Shown here piece after piece: positions 12,859 through 13,417 of a stretch of DNA of 13,417 nucleotides (positions are counted from its first letter, which is position 1; each line of letters begins with the position of its first letter). Origin of the DNA: a virus (taxonomy: Duplodnaviria; Heunggongvirae; Uroviricota; Caudoviricetes); IMG/VR virus record IMGVR_UViG_2526164690_000043, positions 1-13,417 of that record; one strand, 5' to 3'. The position numbers and the translations under genes were made by a program. Below the pieces are notes generated by a model, which was not told the origin of the DNA, made no database searches, and saw only the letters and a program-made list of their open reading frames with translations.

Positions 12859-13417
12859 GTACGCAGAAGACGTAAAAACGGGCAAAATTCCGGCCTGTAA
12901 ACGGCTGAAACAGGCCGTTAAACGGTACTTTTCGGACCTTGAAAGCCCCCTTTACACGTTCGATCGTGAGGTTGTGGAGCGGTTTATTGCCTTTTCCAGG
13001 GTGTGCCCGCACGTAAAAGGGCCGATGCGTGGCAGACCCATTGAGCTGGAGCCGTGGCAGCAGTTCGCCTTTGCGTGCATCCTCGGCTTTAAGGTTAAGG
13101 CCACCGGACGGCGCAAATACACGAGCGCCTTTATCGAAGTGCCGCGCAAAAATGCGAAATCCACGACCGCCGCGATTCTGGCTAACTGGTTTCTGATTAT
13201 GGAGAACGGTCAGCAGGATATCTACACCGCAGCGGTGAGCCGTGACCAGGCGCGGATCGTCTTTGATGATGCGCGTCAGATGTGCCTTTTATCCCGACCG
13301 TTACGCAGGCGGGTGAATATTCAGGCGCATAAGGTGATACACCCGAAAAGCAACAGCCTGTTAAAGCCGCTGGCAGCAAAAGCGGCAACCATCGAGGGAA
13401 CAAACCCCAGCCTTTCC
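12842..13417 (+). CDS. terL: Terminase large subunit (Terminase_1-like ATPase domain), 5' partial, running off the window
   Basis: The frame is open from 12800 to the window end and is absent from the track because it has no stop. The likely TTG start at 12842 has GAGGA 5 nt upstream and overlaps the terS end. It reads TAWNKYAEDVKTGKIPACKRLKQAVKRYFSDL..HVKGPMRGRPIELEPWQQFAFACILGF..IEVPRKNAKSTTAA (Walker A-like PRKNxKS)..IYTAAVSRDQARIVFDDA. Confidence 0.9.
   Translation, partial: MTAWNKYAEDVKTGKIPACKRLKQAVKRYFSDLESPLYTFDREVVERFIAFSRVCPHVKGPMRGRPIELEPWQQFAFACILGFKVKATGRRKYTSAFIEVPRKNAKSTTAAILANWFLIMENGQQDIYTAAVSRDQARIVFDDARQMCLLSRPLRRRVNIQAHKVIHPKSNSLLKPLAAKAATIEGTNPSLS

Noticed and set aside
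1-13417. att sites, a flanking tRNA gene or direct repeats delimiting the island
   Set aside because: The window starts at the int ATG and ends inside terL, so both junctions lie outside it. No tRNA-like cloverleaf or terminal direct repeat could be identified within the window.

Overview
The window holds almost all of one integrated phage satellite of enterobacterial type, read left to right on the + strand. Its parts are: (i) a P4-like tyrosine integrase and an AlpA-family regulator; (ii) a small divergent switch region with a minus-strand ribbon-helix-helix gene and three copies of one operator-like motif; (iii) an early operon of translationally coupled small ORFs led by an Icd-like protein; (iv) a RepA/AAA_25-type replication helicase followed directly by an iteron-type origin; (v) an SSB, a PerC-like regulator and one unknown ORF in terminator-bounded cassettes; and (vi) a complete HK97-type head and DNA-packaging module: major capsid, prohead protease, portal, head-closure protein, gp6-like connector, HNH endonuclease, P27-family TerS and the 5' part of TerL. 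No tail, tape-measure, baseplate, lysis or cI/Cro-type genes occur in the 13.4 kb. This matches the capsid-forming PICI (cf-PICI) class, a satellite that builds and fills its own small capsids and takes only tails from a helper phage. Other observations are 10-bp-phased GAACAAC box arrays at two distant loci in opposite orientation, a structured leader ending in an intrinsic terminator that abuts the capsid start codon, a candidate cos region between HNH and terS, non-canonical order of the head genes, and a cluster of frameshifts that all fall in mononucleotide runs (assembly error or real decay). All protein-family calls come from motif recognition by eye. No database search was run.
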